This document shows, piece after piece, positions 25,427 to 35,409 of a stretch of 64,000 nucleotides of DNA (position 1 is the stretch's first letter; the number at the start of each line of letters is the position of its first letter). The DNA lies in assembly GCA_046563655.1 (NCBI GenBank), contig CM102284.1:2852001-2916000 (forward strand). Direction: 5' to 3'. Made by a program: the position numbers and the translations under genes. The DNA comes from Yuukianura sp. NJ FZ-2021 (lineage: Eukaryota). Below the pieces are notes generated by a model. It searched no databases, was not told the origin of the DNA, and saw only the letters and a program-made list of their open reading frames with translations.

Positions 25427-26935
25427 ATGAAACTAACTATATTAGGTGCCTATTTTCCACTATTATTTGCGGTTGTTGCAATTTGCGAAGATCCAAGGAA
25501 TAAGTGTGCTTTCTTCAGAGTCTGTCTAATTTCAAACCGTGTGCCAAAGGACGCAGTTGTCTGTGACAATGACAGATTCAGTGGAAGTAGCAACGTATCC
25601 TACGATTTCCTCAACTACCAATGGAACCTCTTTGGGCAACGCATTCTTCCTCTGGGCTACTTTCTTCCAGAAACTACATCTCAGATTCAAGTGGGCGTCA
25701 AATGTGCGTGGAGTCTTCGCATACACCTCGTGCCAAAGTCCGGTGGACACGACTATGGAAAATTCAGTTTCGGAGATAACAGTAGCATGGTGGCTGACCT
25801 TCAGAAAATGACTGATCTAGCAGTTAACACCATAGCAAAAACGGCTATTGTGGGACCAGGGTTTCTAAGCGGTCCACTTGCTGCAGCGCTTTATTCGAAT
25901 GGAAAGCTCATGCTTCCAAACGGTCTCTGCCCCACCGTCGGAATCTCTTACGCCCTAGGCGGCGGTTACTCGTTTCTAAGTCGACGCTACGGACTTGTGT
26001 TGGACAACATACTGGAATTGGAGCTAGTGAACTGGCAAGGCGAGCTTTTTGTGGCAAATTCAAAACTGAACAGCGATTGGTTTTGGGCATTGCGAGGAGC
26101 TGGTGGCGGATCTTTTGGAATTGTAACACACTATAAATTTAAAATTTTCTCTGCGCCGAGGTTTGTTGTTTACCGTCGACTGAGTTACGCTTTGGAGCAG
26201 TTTCCGACCATATTTGACTGGTTCCAAAAAATTGCTCAACAAAATCCAAGGTCAACATTGAATATCATATTTACTGTTTCAAAAACAGAATTGCTGGTAG
26301 AGGTCATCGACCTCCGACACAAAAATCAATGCTCTTCTAAATCCGTTGCTCAAAATGTGCCACTACCTAAATTCTTTTTCCACTCCAGTTGTACAGTTCT
26401 GAAGTTTAGAAACTATTTAAACACTGTTGGCGCTTATGGAACAGGCTCTGGCGACATTGCAAACGCTACGAGACATGAATACCAACCCATCTACTTCCGC
26501 GGTACATCATTTTACGTTACAAAGGTCATTGACCTTGAAAAAGTCGGTGACCTCAATTGGCTAATACAGAGGATTCCTGACTACGTTGTAGTTGAATTTC
26601 AACTTAATGGAGGTGCAATCAACTACATGAAGCCTTCCCACACTGCTTATGTCCACAGGAGTCAAAATATTTATAAGGTCAATCCAGACTATTTGGGCCC
26701 GGTGAACAGAACAACAGAGCAGGAAAAAATGGCGCTGAAATGGCAAAACGATTTTTTTAGCCTTACGCAACAAATCATGCGTCATACGGAATCGTATCAA
26801 AATAACGTTGATCCTTACCTTCAAAACTACCTTAAGCGATACTATGGGCAAAACTTGGAAAGGTTGATTCGGATAAAAAGGAAGTATGACCCCACCAACT
26901 ACTTCAAAAATCCGCAGTCTATTCCAAGGTTTTGA
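25427..26935 (+). CDS. Secreted FAD-linked oxidase, berberine-bridge-enzyme (BBE)/VAO family, intronless
   Basis: 502-aa ORF with signal peptide, KSGGHDY (FAD-His), GLCPTVG (FAD-Cys), FWALRGAGGGSFGIVT, and C-terminal BBE motif YQN..D...YYGQNLERLIRIKRKYDPTNYF. Confidence 0.93.
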   Translation: MKLTILGAYFPLLFAVVAICEDPRNKCAFFRVCLISNRVPKDAVVCDNDRFSGSSNVSYDFLNYQWNLFGQRILPLGYFLPETTSQIQVGVKCAWSLRIHLVPKSGGHDYGKFSFGDNSSMVADLQKMTDLAVNTIAKTAIVGPGFLSGPLAAALYSNGKLMLPNGLCPTVGISYALGGGYSFLSRRYGLVLDNILELELVNWQGELFVANSKLNSDWFWALRGAGGGSFGIVTHYKFKIFSAPRFVVYRRLSYALEQFPTIFDWFQKIAQQNPRSTLNIIFTVSKTELLVEVIDLRHKNQCSSKSVAQNVPLPKFFFHSSCTVLKFRNYLNTVGAYGTGSGDIANATRHEYQPIYFRGTSFYVTKVIDLEKVGDLNWLIQRIPDYVVVEFQLNGGAINYMKPSHTAYVHRSQNIYKVNPDYLGPVNRTTEQEKMALKWQNDFFSLTQQIMRHTESYQNNVDPYLQNYLKRYYGQNLERLIRIKRKYDPTNYFKNPQSIPRF

Positions 26936-27033
26936 ATCAAATTCCGCTTTTAGTAGCAGCAATTAATAGGTTACCTTACCCCTAGTGTAGTCAATGTCAC
27001 GAATTGGTCTAATCCGTTGTGATAACACCGAAT

Positions 27034-27892
27034 CAGAGGTGGTAGCCTGCAACTATTTTCCCCAACCTGCCCCGCCTGCACTGCAGGAATTTTTAGCCTG
27101 CACGCCTGCAGCCTGCAAAATTATCAAAAATCGGCAGCCTGCACGCCTGCACCTGCAAGGCTCTTCGGCAGGCCAGCCTGCAGCCTGCGCAGGCTGCCTG
27201 CAGTTAGCCTGCAATTTTTTTTTATACGAACTGTAATCTACAAAAATTTTAATATACACTTACAACTACTGCGTAAATTCGTTTGCGTATAACGGCAATT
27301 ACTCAATCACCCTCGATTATCTGTCGGTTGTCCTTTCCAAACACGTAGGGAGAAAAATTCCTAGTAATAAATTGTTTTACGACACTGCTACCTTACTTTT
27401 GGTTTGTTTAACTTTTAAAAATTCTGGATCCTTGCACATAAAAAAATCCTCAAAAGTTATACTGTCAAATCTTGCGTTGCCTACACGGGCAAGTGTAACG
27501 CCAACTTTACTTAACCATATTTCTGCCTCCGGATTCATTATTTATTGTTTAAAGGCCCTATAGTGCAACTAATGTGCAGCAAAAAGTTTGCATAGTTCCA
27601 TTGACTTTAATTCTTCAACATTCCAAAGTAATTTTTCTATTCGTTTCTGTCTTTTCTTGAAGTTTCTGGGAATAAACTCTCAAAAAATCACAACCCGCAG
27701 CCTGCAGGCGAAATGCAGGCTCCTGCAGGCGCCTGCAGAGCATTGCAGGCCGAACCCGCCCGCCTGCAACATTTCCAAATAAAAACCTGCACGCCTGCAG
27801 CCTGCAAAAATCCACCGCAGGTTGAGCCCGCCTGCACGTGCTGCAGGTTAGCCTGCAACCTGCGCAGGTTTACCTGCGGGCTACCACCTCTG
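27034..27892. mobile_element. Non-autonomous hAT-type DNA transposon (MITE), 859 bp
   Basis: TIRs CAGAGGTGGTAG...CTACCACCTCTG; perfect 8-bp TSD CACCGAAT at 27026-27033 and 27893-27900; subterminal arrays of GCCTGCA motifs at both ends. Confidence 0.92.
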
Positions 27893-28155
27893 CACCGAAT
27901 CGGCTGAGCTGAATAAAAAAAAATCACACTTGTCTGTCACTGCCTTGAAATTCATCTAAAACATGAACTCGATTTCTGTTGGTGAAAGCACATTGACGGT
28001 CTCTAATCTGTTCTAGTGAGCAAAAGGTCAAATTTCTATCAGCGTTTCAAGTGTTTTTACCAAAAGCAGTTGTTATTCTGGTATTTATAAGTTCATTCAA
28101 CAATTAGTTGCCTCTATGGTTCAGTTATTTAATTATTTCCGTTTCATCTAACGAC

Positions 28156-29237
28156 ATGAATCCACAAAGCTTGGTAATTCTTTTACTCTTGATTGGTAAG
28201 TAATTTCGTGATCTCTCCACAAACGAAAAAAAAATTTTAAATCCAACTCTAGCACTCTAGCTTTTCAATATTTTTCAGGAGGAACTGCACTAGGCAAAAC
28301 ACTAGAGCGGCAACAGCCGAAAACAAACTCGCCAATAGGAGCCGTCTACATCGAGGTCAACAGCAACAATTTTGCAAACATCAACTGTTACAGTTTGCGG
28401 GGCAATAGATCACAACCACTTTTTGGCATCGGGATCATATTTGCGGCTAACATTCGGTATGATCTAGAAGCAGAAAGGGCCGTTTTGTATCTAAATCCGA
28501 ATGTACAAACGGTCCTAGATGGAGCCGACACATACATTCGCCCACTTCAACGCAAGGGAACGAAAGTGCTACTGTCACTTTTGGGTGATCATCAAGGAGC
28601 GGGAATTTGTAATTTCGAAACGCCGGAGGCGGCGAGGGATTTTGCTGAACAACTCAACGCTGTTGTACGACTCTATGATCTTGACGGAATCGATTTTGAC
28701 GATGAGTATGCCGATTACGGAGAGAATGGAACGCCCATGCCGAATCCAGACTCTTTCCTGTGGCTTCTGAAGGAACTTCGTCAACTGATGCCAGACAAGA
28801 CGATATCATTTTACTTCTACGGTCCAGCCACTGATCGACTCGAGACAGAAGAACTGAACGCCGGTGACTGCCTGGACTACAGTTGGAACTCTATCTACGG
28901 GACCTATTTTGCTCCAGCAGTGCCGAAACTTACTGCATTACAGCTTGCACCGGCGGCAACTTGGATCGACCGCACTCTTCCTGTAACTGCCAATTATCAT
29001 GCGCTCCTAACTGTCGAGGATGGCTACGGCGCATACCTCTACTATGACCTTACCAACGAGAATGTCAATGATTACTTGTCCGACATCGCCTGGGAATTAT
29101 ACGGTGATTCGGCAGTAGTAGAAGATGAGTGCCTTCAATCTTGGCCACCAGAGGGAACTCCTGCTGTTCATGGTCCACGTGAAAGGATGAGGAAAGAGCA
29201 AACGCGATCAGGCCTTATAGATTTATTGGAGCCATAA
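28156..29237 (+). CDS. Secreted endo-beta-N-acetylglucosaminidase H-like enzyme (GH18), copy 1
   Basis: Exon 1 28156-28195, intron 28196-28278. Motifs YIEVN, IFAANI, IRPLQRKGTKVLLSLLGDHQGAG and catalytic LDGIDFDDEY follow the Streptomyces Endo H motif series. Confidence 0.93.
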
Positions 29238-30019
29238 GATTCTAAAAGTTAGCCTAAACAATAAAGATTTCGCAGAACTTGACTTTTCCCTTTTTCGTAA
29301 CTGAGAGGTTCAAACTAAAAAAAAAGTTTATCGTAGGCAACAAAAATTGAGGCGAGAATCCAGCAAAAACACTTGAAAAATATTTCCTTCTTTGGCCTTC
29401 TTTTTTACAGAATTCCTACGGAAAATGAGAAAAAGCCTGTGTTAATAATAGAAGTTCGACTTTTTTCTACCTAAAAAAATCTTAACCAGTCAACACTCAC
29501 AGTAAATACAACGAAGGACACTACATACCTTAAACAGCTTTTCCGCCTGCTGAGCCCTTTCTTGCCAGCATCAGTCGTATAATATAAAATTAAGTTCTAT
29601 ATTTGGTGAAAGTAACATTCTTGAACATTTTCCATCTTTACCAAGTAATTTAGGAACCAAGTAAGCGAACCTACAAACCGGTGAGCGTAGTTGCGTAGTA
29701 CAGCATAAATCTATTCGCTTTATTTATTTTACCTTATTCATTTTAATTCTTTGCCAGTTTAAGAAAACCTTAAAACATAATAAATATCTGACAATTTAGT
29801 TTCATATTTTCACTGCTTTATGCTTGTGAAGTTGACAATTAAAACTTATCTAGCATGCAACCCTTGAACTTCAATTGTAAAATTATTATGACAGTTTTTG
29901 AGTCACTGTTTTAAAAAGTTTTCATCTATCTATGTACTTTTTTTTAAACACAAAAAAGTATTACAAAATTAATTATTATGGAAAAGCTATTTTAATTTTG
30001 GAATCGATTTTTTTCAGCC

Positions 30020-31057
30020 ATGAATTTCGTGGAATTCGGAATTATATTTCTATTTGTTGGTGAGTCAATAATTAATGCTGTTTCTAATTACAGAACAACG
30101 CTAACTGTAACACTATTTAAAATCACAGTTCCTCTGGCACTACAAAAACCGCTTAATCGTCACCAGTCATCGCCGCCCATGGGGAGCGTATACATCGAAG
30201 TCAATACGATAAACTTTGCAAATGTGGGATGCTACATGCTGGGATCAAACAACGCGACGCCTCTCTTTGACATTGCAATTATATTTGCCGCCAATATTAA
30301 CTATGACGTGGAGGCTCAACGAGCCGTATTATGGTTCAACGGTAACGTTGCAACGGTCCTGGAGGGAGCCGATACGTATATAAGGCCCCTTCAGCAAAAG
30401 GGAATTAAAGTCCTCCTTTCAATTCTTGGTAATCATCAAGGAGCGGGAATTTGCAATTTCCGCACTCCCGAGATGGCAAAAGATTTTGCCGGACAGCTCA
30501 ACGATGTCGTGAAGCTCTACGACCTTGACGGAATTGACTTTGACGACGAGTTTGCCGATTACGGAAACAATGACACACCACAGCCAAATCCAGATTCGTT
30601 CTTGTGGCTTCTAAAAGAACTTCGTCTGTTGATGCCCAACAAAATAATTTCGTTCTACTTTTACGGCCCAGCGTCATCTCGACTCGAAACGAAACAACTG
30701 CATGCTGGAGACTACTTGGACTACAGTTGGAACGCAATTTATGGAACATTTTCTGTACCGAACGTTCCGAAACTCAGCAAAGCACAACTTGGTCCAGCCG
30801 CAATTTGGGTACCAGAGACGGACCAACCTACGGCGGAGTATCTCGCAGAGAAAACAGTGAATGAAGGGTATGGAATCTACCTGTACTATGACCTTCCGGA
30901 TAAAAATGTAAGCAGTTACCTATCGTCCGTCACAAAGGAGCTTTACGGTACTGCCACATCTCTCACAGAACACTGCTTGTTAACGTGGCCCCCGCCTGCA
31001 ACACCCGCCTTCCACGGTCCGCGTCAAAAAATGCGGAAAGTATCTCTGATTTCTTAA
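30020..31057 (+). CDS. Secreted endo-beta-N-acetylglucosaminidase H-like enzyme (GH18), copy 2
   Basis: Exon 1 30020-30059, in-frame 69-nt intron 30060-30128. Motifs YIEVN, FDIAIIFAANINYD, LGNHQGAG, LDGIDFDDEF. Tandem paralog of copy 1. Confidence 0.93.
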   Translation: MNFVEFGIIFLFVGESIINAVSNYRTTLTVTLFKITVPLALQKPLNRHQSSPPMGSVYIEVNTINFANVGCYMLGSNNATPLFDIAIIFAANINYDVEAQRAVLWFNGNVATVLEGADTYIRPLQQKGIKVLLSILGNHQGAGICNFRTPEMAKDFAGQLNDVVKLYDLDGIDFDDEFADYGNNDTPQPNPDSFLWLLKELRLLMPNKIISFYFYGPASSRLETKQLHAGDYLDYSWNAIYGTFSVPNVPKLSKAQLGPAAIWVPETDQPTAEYLAEKTVNEGYGIYLYYDLPDKNVSSYLSSVTKELYGTATSLTEHCLLTWPPPATPAFHGPRQKMRKVSLIS

Positions 31058-31446
31058 ACATTAAGGAATTGCGTTATTATATGTTAGAAATACGAACACT
31101 ATGATAGGAATATGAGAGATAATGTGAAAAATGAGATACATTCTGGAAATGGACACAGTCGTGAGTAATAGACTATGACGTTATTAATTACAAACTGTAT
31201 ATGTACCATACTGTTAGTAATTTGATATCTTATTGTAAGAGTACACAAACTTCTACTTAAACATATGTACAAAACTAATACTGACGTAGCTTTTCCGAAC
31301 TTATTTCTGAAATTCAACTGCTTCCTTGTAATCTAAAGATTAATTCTGATTAAAAAAAACTATTTCATAGAGAGGTAATGCCTTTGCATTTCGTCACAAT
31401 CACGGCACGGCAGAACATTATATGATTTTCCACAGAACTATAAGCA

Positions 31447-32610
31447 CTAAGCAAAAGAGTGAAATGGCAGCTTTGATCTCACAAGTAATTGACCTTTCCA
31501 GGTCAACAAAGTATGAATAATGACAGACATGATTGTATTCAGAGCGGGGAGGACTGCTGACCTTTGGAACACACAAAATTCGGACAACTGAAAAGTGATT
31601 GGTCGAAGGGCTCTGAGCTCCATGATTCTAGCCTTACCCTCCAACTTCGCAAGTCTGGAACGTGGGTTTGAATATACCTGAATAACAGAACGCTGCAGAC
31701 ACCGCTGGAGCAGGATGGATAATTCTGAGTAATTGGACATGAAATTGAGTGGAATGAATTCCACAAATAGCGTGAAGGCGGCAGAGCTCGAGTAGACCAA
31801 ATAAGTGAATATGTCAAAGTAGCGGTAAAGGCGCAAGGCTGTGTACGTTGCCGTCGTACCGACGAGCATCAGAGCCATAATCAGTGCCAGGCCAATTCTG
31901 CTAGTCGTTTGGCTAACGGCAGTATTCAGGAGCTGTAGTGCCGCGAAACTTCGAATTTTTTGGCGCCAAGGTCTTTCGTTTTGTTGTAGAAGGCCACAGA
32001 GTGCTAGGGTTTGGAGGCGCGTAAATTTGAGTAGCACGTTAATGTAGAAGACCCAGTTGAACATAAAGCAGCCATTGACAGTTGTTTCCGCGAGGACAAG
32101 GAAAATGAACAAAAATGAAATTTCCCCGCTCGGAACGAGTGTTGGATAAATTGACTTGAGCACAGTTTTGGGAAACGTAACAGCCAAAACCGGTAGACAG
32201 AACAAGGTTGTGCATGTGTTGTAGAGATAACAGGCTCCTACGTAACGATAGTACGGGAGATCATGTTGATCAAACTTTTGATCGAGTCGTAAAAGTTGGT
32301 TGACGGTAGCTGTGAGCTGATCACGACGCAAGTAATTATTGAACGACATAGCAATTCCTCCAAGAAACGTTCCCGCCAACATGATTTGAATAATTGTATC
32401 TGACAATTTGTAGTTCCCAGAGACATAGAGGTAGAATGCAAAGATTGTGCGCCAACTTCGAAAACACAAATCAAATAAAATTGAAAGGCGGTAGATTTGA
32501 ACTTGGCGCTGAGACCCGACACGCAGTTCGGTTCGATCCTCATCCCAGCGGAAAGGTTGTATGTTGAGAAACGAAGTGATTTTGACATAAATTTCCAACG
32601 GATGTTCCAT
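31447..32610 (-). CDS. Intronless multi-pass membrane protein, probable divergent gustatory/odorant-type 7TM chemoreceptor
   Basis: 387 aa with about 7 hydrophobic segments; C-terminal LRPITFQLSEF...IIHTLL resembles the end of insect GR/OR-superfamily proteins. Confidence 0.65.
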   Translation of the reverse strand: MEHPLEIYVKITSFLNIQPFRWDEDRTELRVGSQRQVQIYRLSILFDLCFRSWRTIFAFYLYVSGNYKLSDTIIQIMLAGTFLGGIAMSFNNYLRRDQLTATVNQLLRLDQKFDQHDLPYYRYVGACYLYNTCTTLFCLPVLAVTFPKTVLKSIYPTLVPSGEISFLFIFLVLAETTVNGCFMFNWVFYINVLLKFTRLQTLALCGLLQQNERPWRQKIRSFAALQLLNTAVSQTTSRIGLALIMALMLVGTTATYTALRLYRYFDIFTYLVYSSSAAFTLFVEFIPLNFMSNYSELSILLQRCLQRSVIQVYSNPRSRLAKLEGKARIMELRALRPITFQLSEFCVFQRSAVLPALNTIMSVIIHTLLTWKGQLLVRSKLPFHSFA

Positions 32611-33905
32611 CAGGTAATTGCTACGCTCCTTTGTGTACTTGAAGAATTTTCGGCACTCCTGTTCCGCGATCCTTTAAAATTGATTTTACATTGTATGAAT
32701 TGTATGAGGTTACTAAAACGAATTCTTAAAAAGTATGCAAATGAAATGTTGTAAGTGGCAGGTTAATAATATTCAGAGAAAGTTACTTTAAATTTCATAT
32801 TACAAATAACTTACTGTAAAGAACGACGCATTTCCTTCATGTTATTTTTTAGTTCAACCTTTGACCTTTGCGGATTCTAAGTAAGTTCGTGATTCTTTTC
32901 CCGAAGCAACAACTAAAGTCTGCTGCAGCCAGAATTCTTTCTGTTTTAGTTATTTTCTCTAAATGGACAAACTTTAAGGGAAATATGGTTAAAAATATGT
33001 TTATAAAATAAAAGCTTATTTAGAAAGTCGACTTCATATCAAATCGACTTCTATCAAACATCAAACACCAAGACCGAGGCAAGGTCTTGGTTAAGTTTAT
33101 ACTTCAAAAACAGTTTTGAGCTGAAACATTTATGACTTAAAAAGTATTTTAAGTACAAACCCGTGTTTTAAAATGCTCGTGGTGAAGCGATAATATCTAA
33201 AACGGCCTTTTTAGAGAAAACTTAATCAATTTAAGAATTCTTGGATTTTACGTAGCAAAAAAAAACTTTCAAGGGGATAATGGATTTTGAGTTCAATTAA
33301 TTACCTTTTTAACACTCTTTTAAATTTTACAAAACCAGTTTGGATTACGTCGTTCAAGAACGTCAACTACAAGTACTCATCACGTCGATTTATTCCCCAC
33401 ACGTAATACCCGTCACAGATTTTTTTTACAACGTGTCAAATTAGTCGACCTCCAGTTAAATTTAACTCTGGAGCCTTCCCAAACAAGATTTTTAGCAGAC
33501 CTTGATTTATTATTTTTAAACTGCACAATTTCTGCACCGACGAGTATGGTAACCGCATGGTAAGACGCACGTAGGTACGAAACCAGTTTTTCAAAATCCG
33601 TCATCCTTTCACTTCTTGATGACGTTAACTCAACAGTAAATTAGATACGAACACAGTTGTCGAAGTTGCTATAAAAGGCTAAGCGTCCCTCCTCACATTT
33701 AAATCAGACAATTTTCTGAGAACCTTCCACAACGCTTTACCTTTTCTGGCTTTCAAATTCAATTCCAATTAACATTGTTTCAATTTAGTTTATTTTTGCC
33801 AAATCATCTGCATTTTGTTTTAAGTATCGAAGTGATACTTCTGTAATTTATTAGATATATTATTTTTTAATTTATTGATATCCCATTACAAAACACAGTA
33901 GCCAA

Positions 33906-34517
33906 ATGATGTTCTCCAGCACAACAACCACAACAGTGATTTTTGTCACCATTTATTGTCTCACCTTCACCACGACTCATGCGCGAGTTGTTCCACTTGA
34001 AGACGTAAATCCAAACTCAAACAGTCTTTATTACCAAGGGCAACGCAAACTTACCGATGCGTTAACCATCACCGAACTACTTGGCATTTCTGCGTTCACT
34101 GACCTTCACAATGACGATTCCGTAATTACTCTTGAATCCATTTACTCTTGGGGTAAAGGAATGACAGCCCAAGGTCACGGTGACTTTGACAAGGACGAAG
34201 CTCGTCAAATTTTCAAGGAGAAAGACATCAACCGAGATGGAGAGATATCTTTGGAGGAATGGGAAGACATGAGTCATCTTCTCATCACGGAAAATGTCGT
34301 ATCTAAACTGTTTCAGTTTAGTGTTGTTGACCTCGATGACAACAAGGAGATCACAGAATCAGAATATAATTTGTGGGCGAATTCACTTGCAAAGATATTT
34401 CGAAACGAGGAATACGGGCGCTTCATTGGCACATTGTTTGCCCAGGAAGACACAAATGGAGATGGCGTACTCGAACCCAGCGAGTGGGCCAAGCAACCAA
34501 CCACACTTTATAAGTAA
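33906..34517 (+). CDS. Secreted EF-hand calcium-binding protein
   Basis: Signal peptide; EF loops DINRDGEISLEE, DLDDNKEITESE and DTNGDGVLEPSE, plus degenerate DLHNDDSVITLE. Confidence 0.85.
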   Translation: MMFSSTTTTTVIFVTIYCLTFTTTHARVVPLEDVNPNSNSLYYQGQRKLTDALTITELLGISAFTDLHNDDSVITLESIYSWGKGMTAQGHGDFDKDEARQIFKEKDINRDGEISLEEWEDMSHLLITENVVSKLFQFSVVDLDDNKEITESEYNLWANSLAKIFRNEEYGRFIGTLFAQEDTNGDGVLEPSEWAKQPTTLYK

Positions 34518-34551
34518 TACTGTTGTGCCTTGTGAAACTTTTTGTAACTAA

Positions 34552-34590
34552 GAATAATAATAATAGTAATAATAACAGTAATAACGATAA
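34552..34590. repeat. Imperfect (AAT)n microsatellite
   Basis: aataataataatagtaataataacagtaataac just downstream of the EF-hand gene. Confidence 0.7.
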
Positions 34591-35409
34591 AAGTATGCAG
34601 CCATAATCCAATATTTGAGTTTCCAAGCTATGAACGCCTTTCGTATTGATATTCCTAGCAAACATAGCATAAACCGCGGATTTATGAATTCACGTGTTAC
34701 CTCCGGGCATTCTCTGAGAATAAAACATTGTATTCAAAATACAAAATGTTTACTAAAATGTTATGAATAAAATTAACTCGTTTTGTAAAAATTGACAAAA
34801 AACGAATAACAATTTAAAGAAAATCTACTGAATCACGTCTACGGATCGTGAGAGTACGGTGCTTTTCGGTTGCGATAGTTATCGGGATAAGTAAATGCGT
34901 TATATTTACAGCAAACCTAGAGGTGGGTTTTGGAGACTCGGGTTAGCGCCAACTTTACTAAAATTTTACCGAAGCCTAACAGCGATACTAAGCGATTCAC
35001 AGCAGCATACTCATGCTTTATAACCAGGCCTGTCAAAAATATGTGCTAAAAACCACCAAAATATTTATTTAAATATGTATCAAAAACCGTGAAATATGGA
35101 CTAGAATATTTACTTGCCGACTGGATTGGAGTCAGTGGTGACGCTCAAATCATGTATCTTAAGCAACTACCGAATTTTAGCTTTTCCTTTCAAAAACGAA
35201 CCAATCAAAAACGTGCATTGTACAACACTCACGATTCCATTGTGAAGCTCTCTGCAATCATGTGTTGCTCATCCATTTTTATCCAATGTCAAATGAATTT
35301 AATTATTAACCCCACCAGAAATAAACTTAACCTTTAGAATTTGCCCTTAACATTTTGGAGAACAATTCTACGAAGCCAAATTGGGATGATTTTTTAAATA
35401 ATTAATAAT

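Noticed and set aside
26994-27927. Short Ala/Cys/Gln-rich ORFs
   Set aside because: They are translations of the GCCTGCA subterminal repeats of the MITE.
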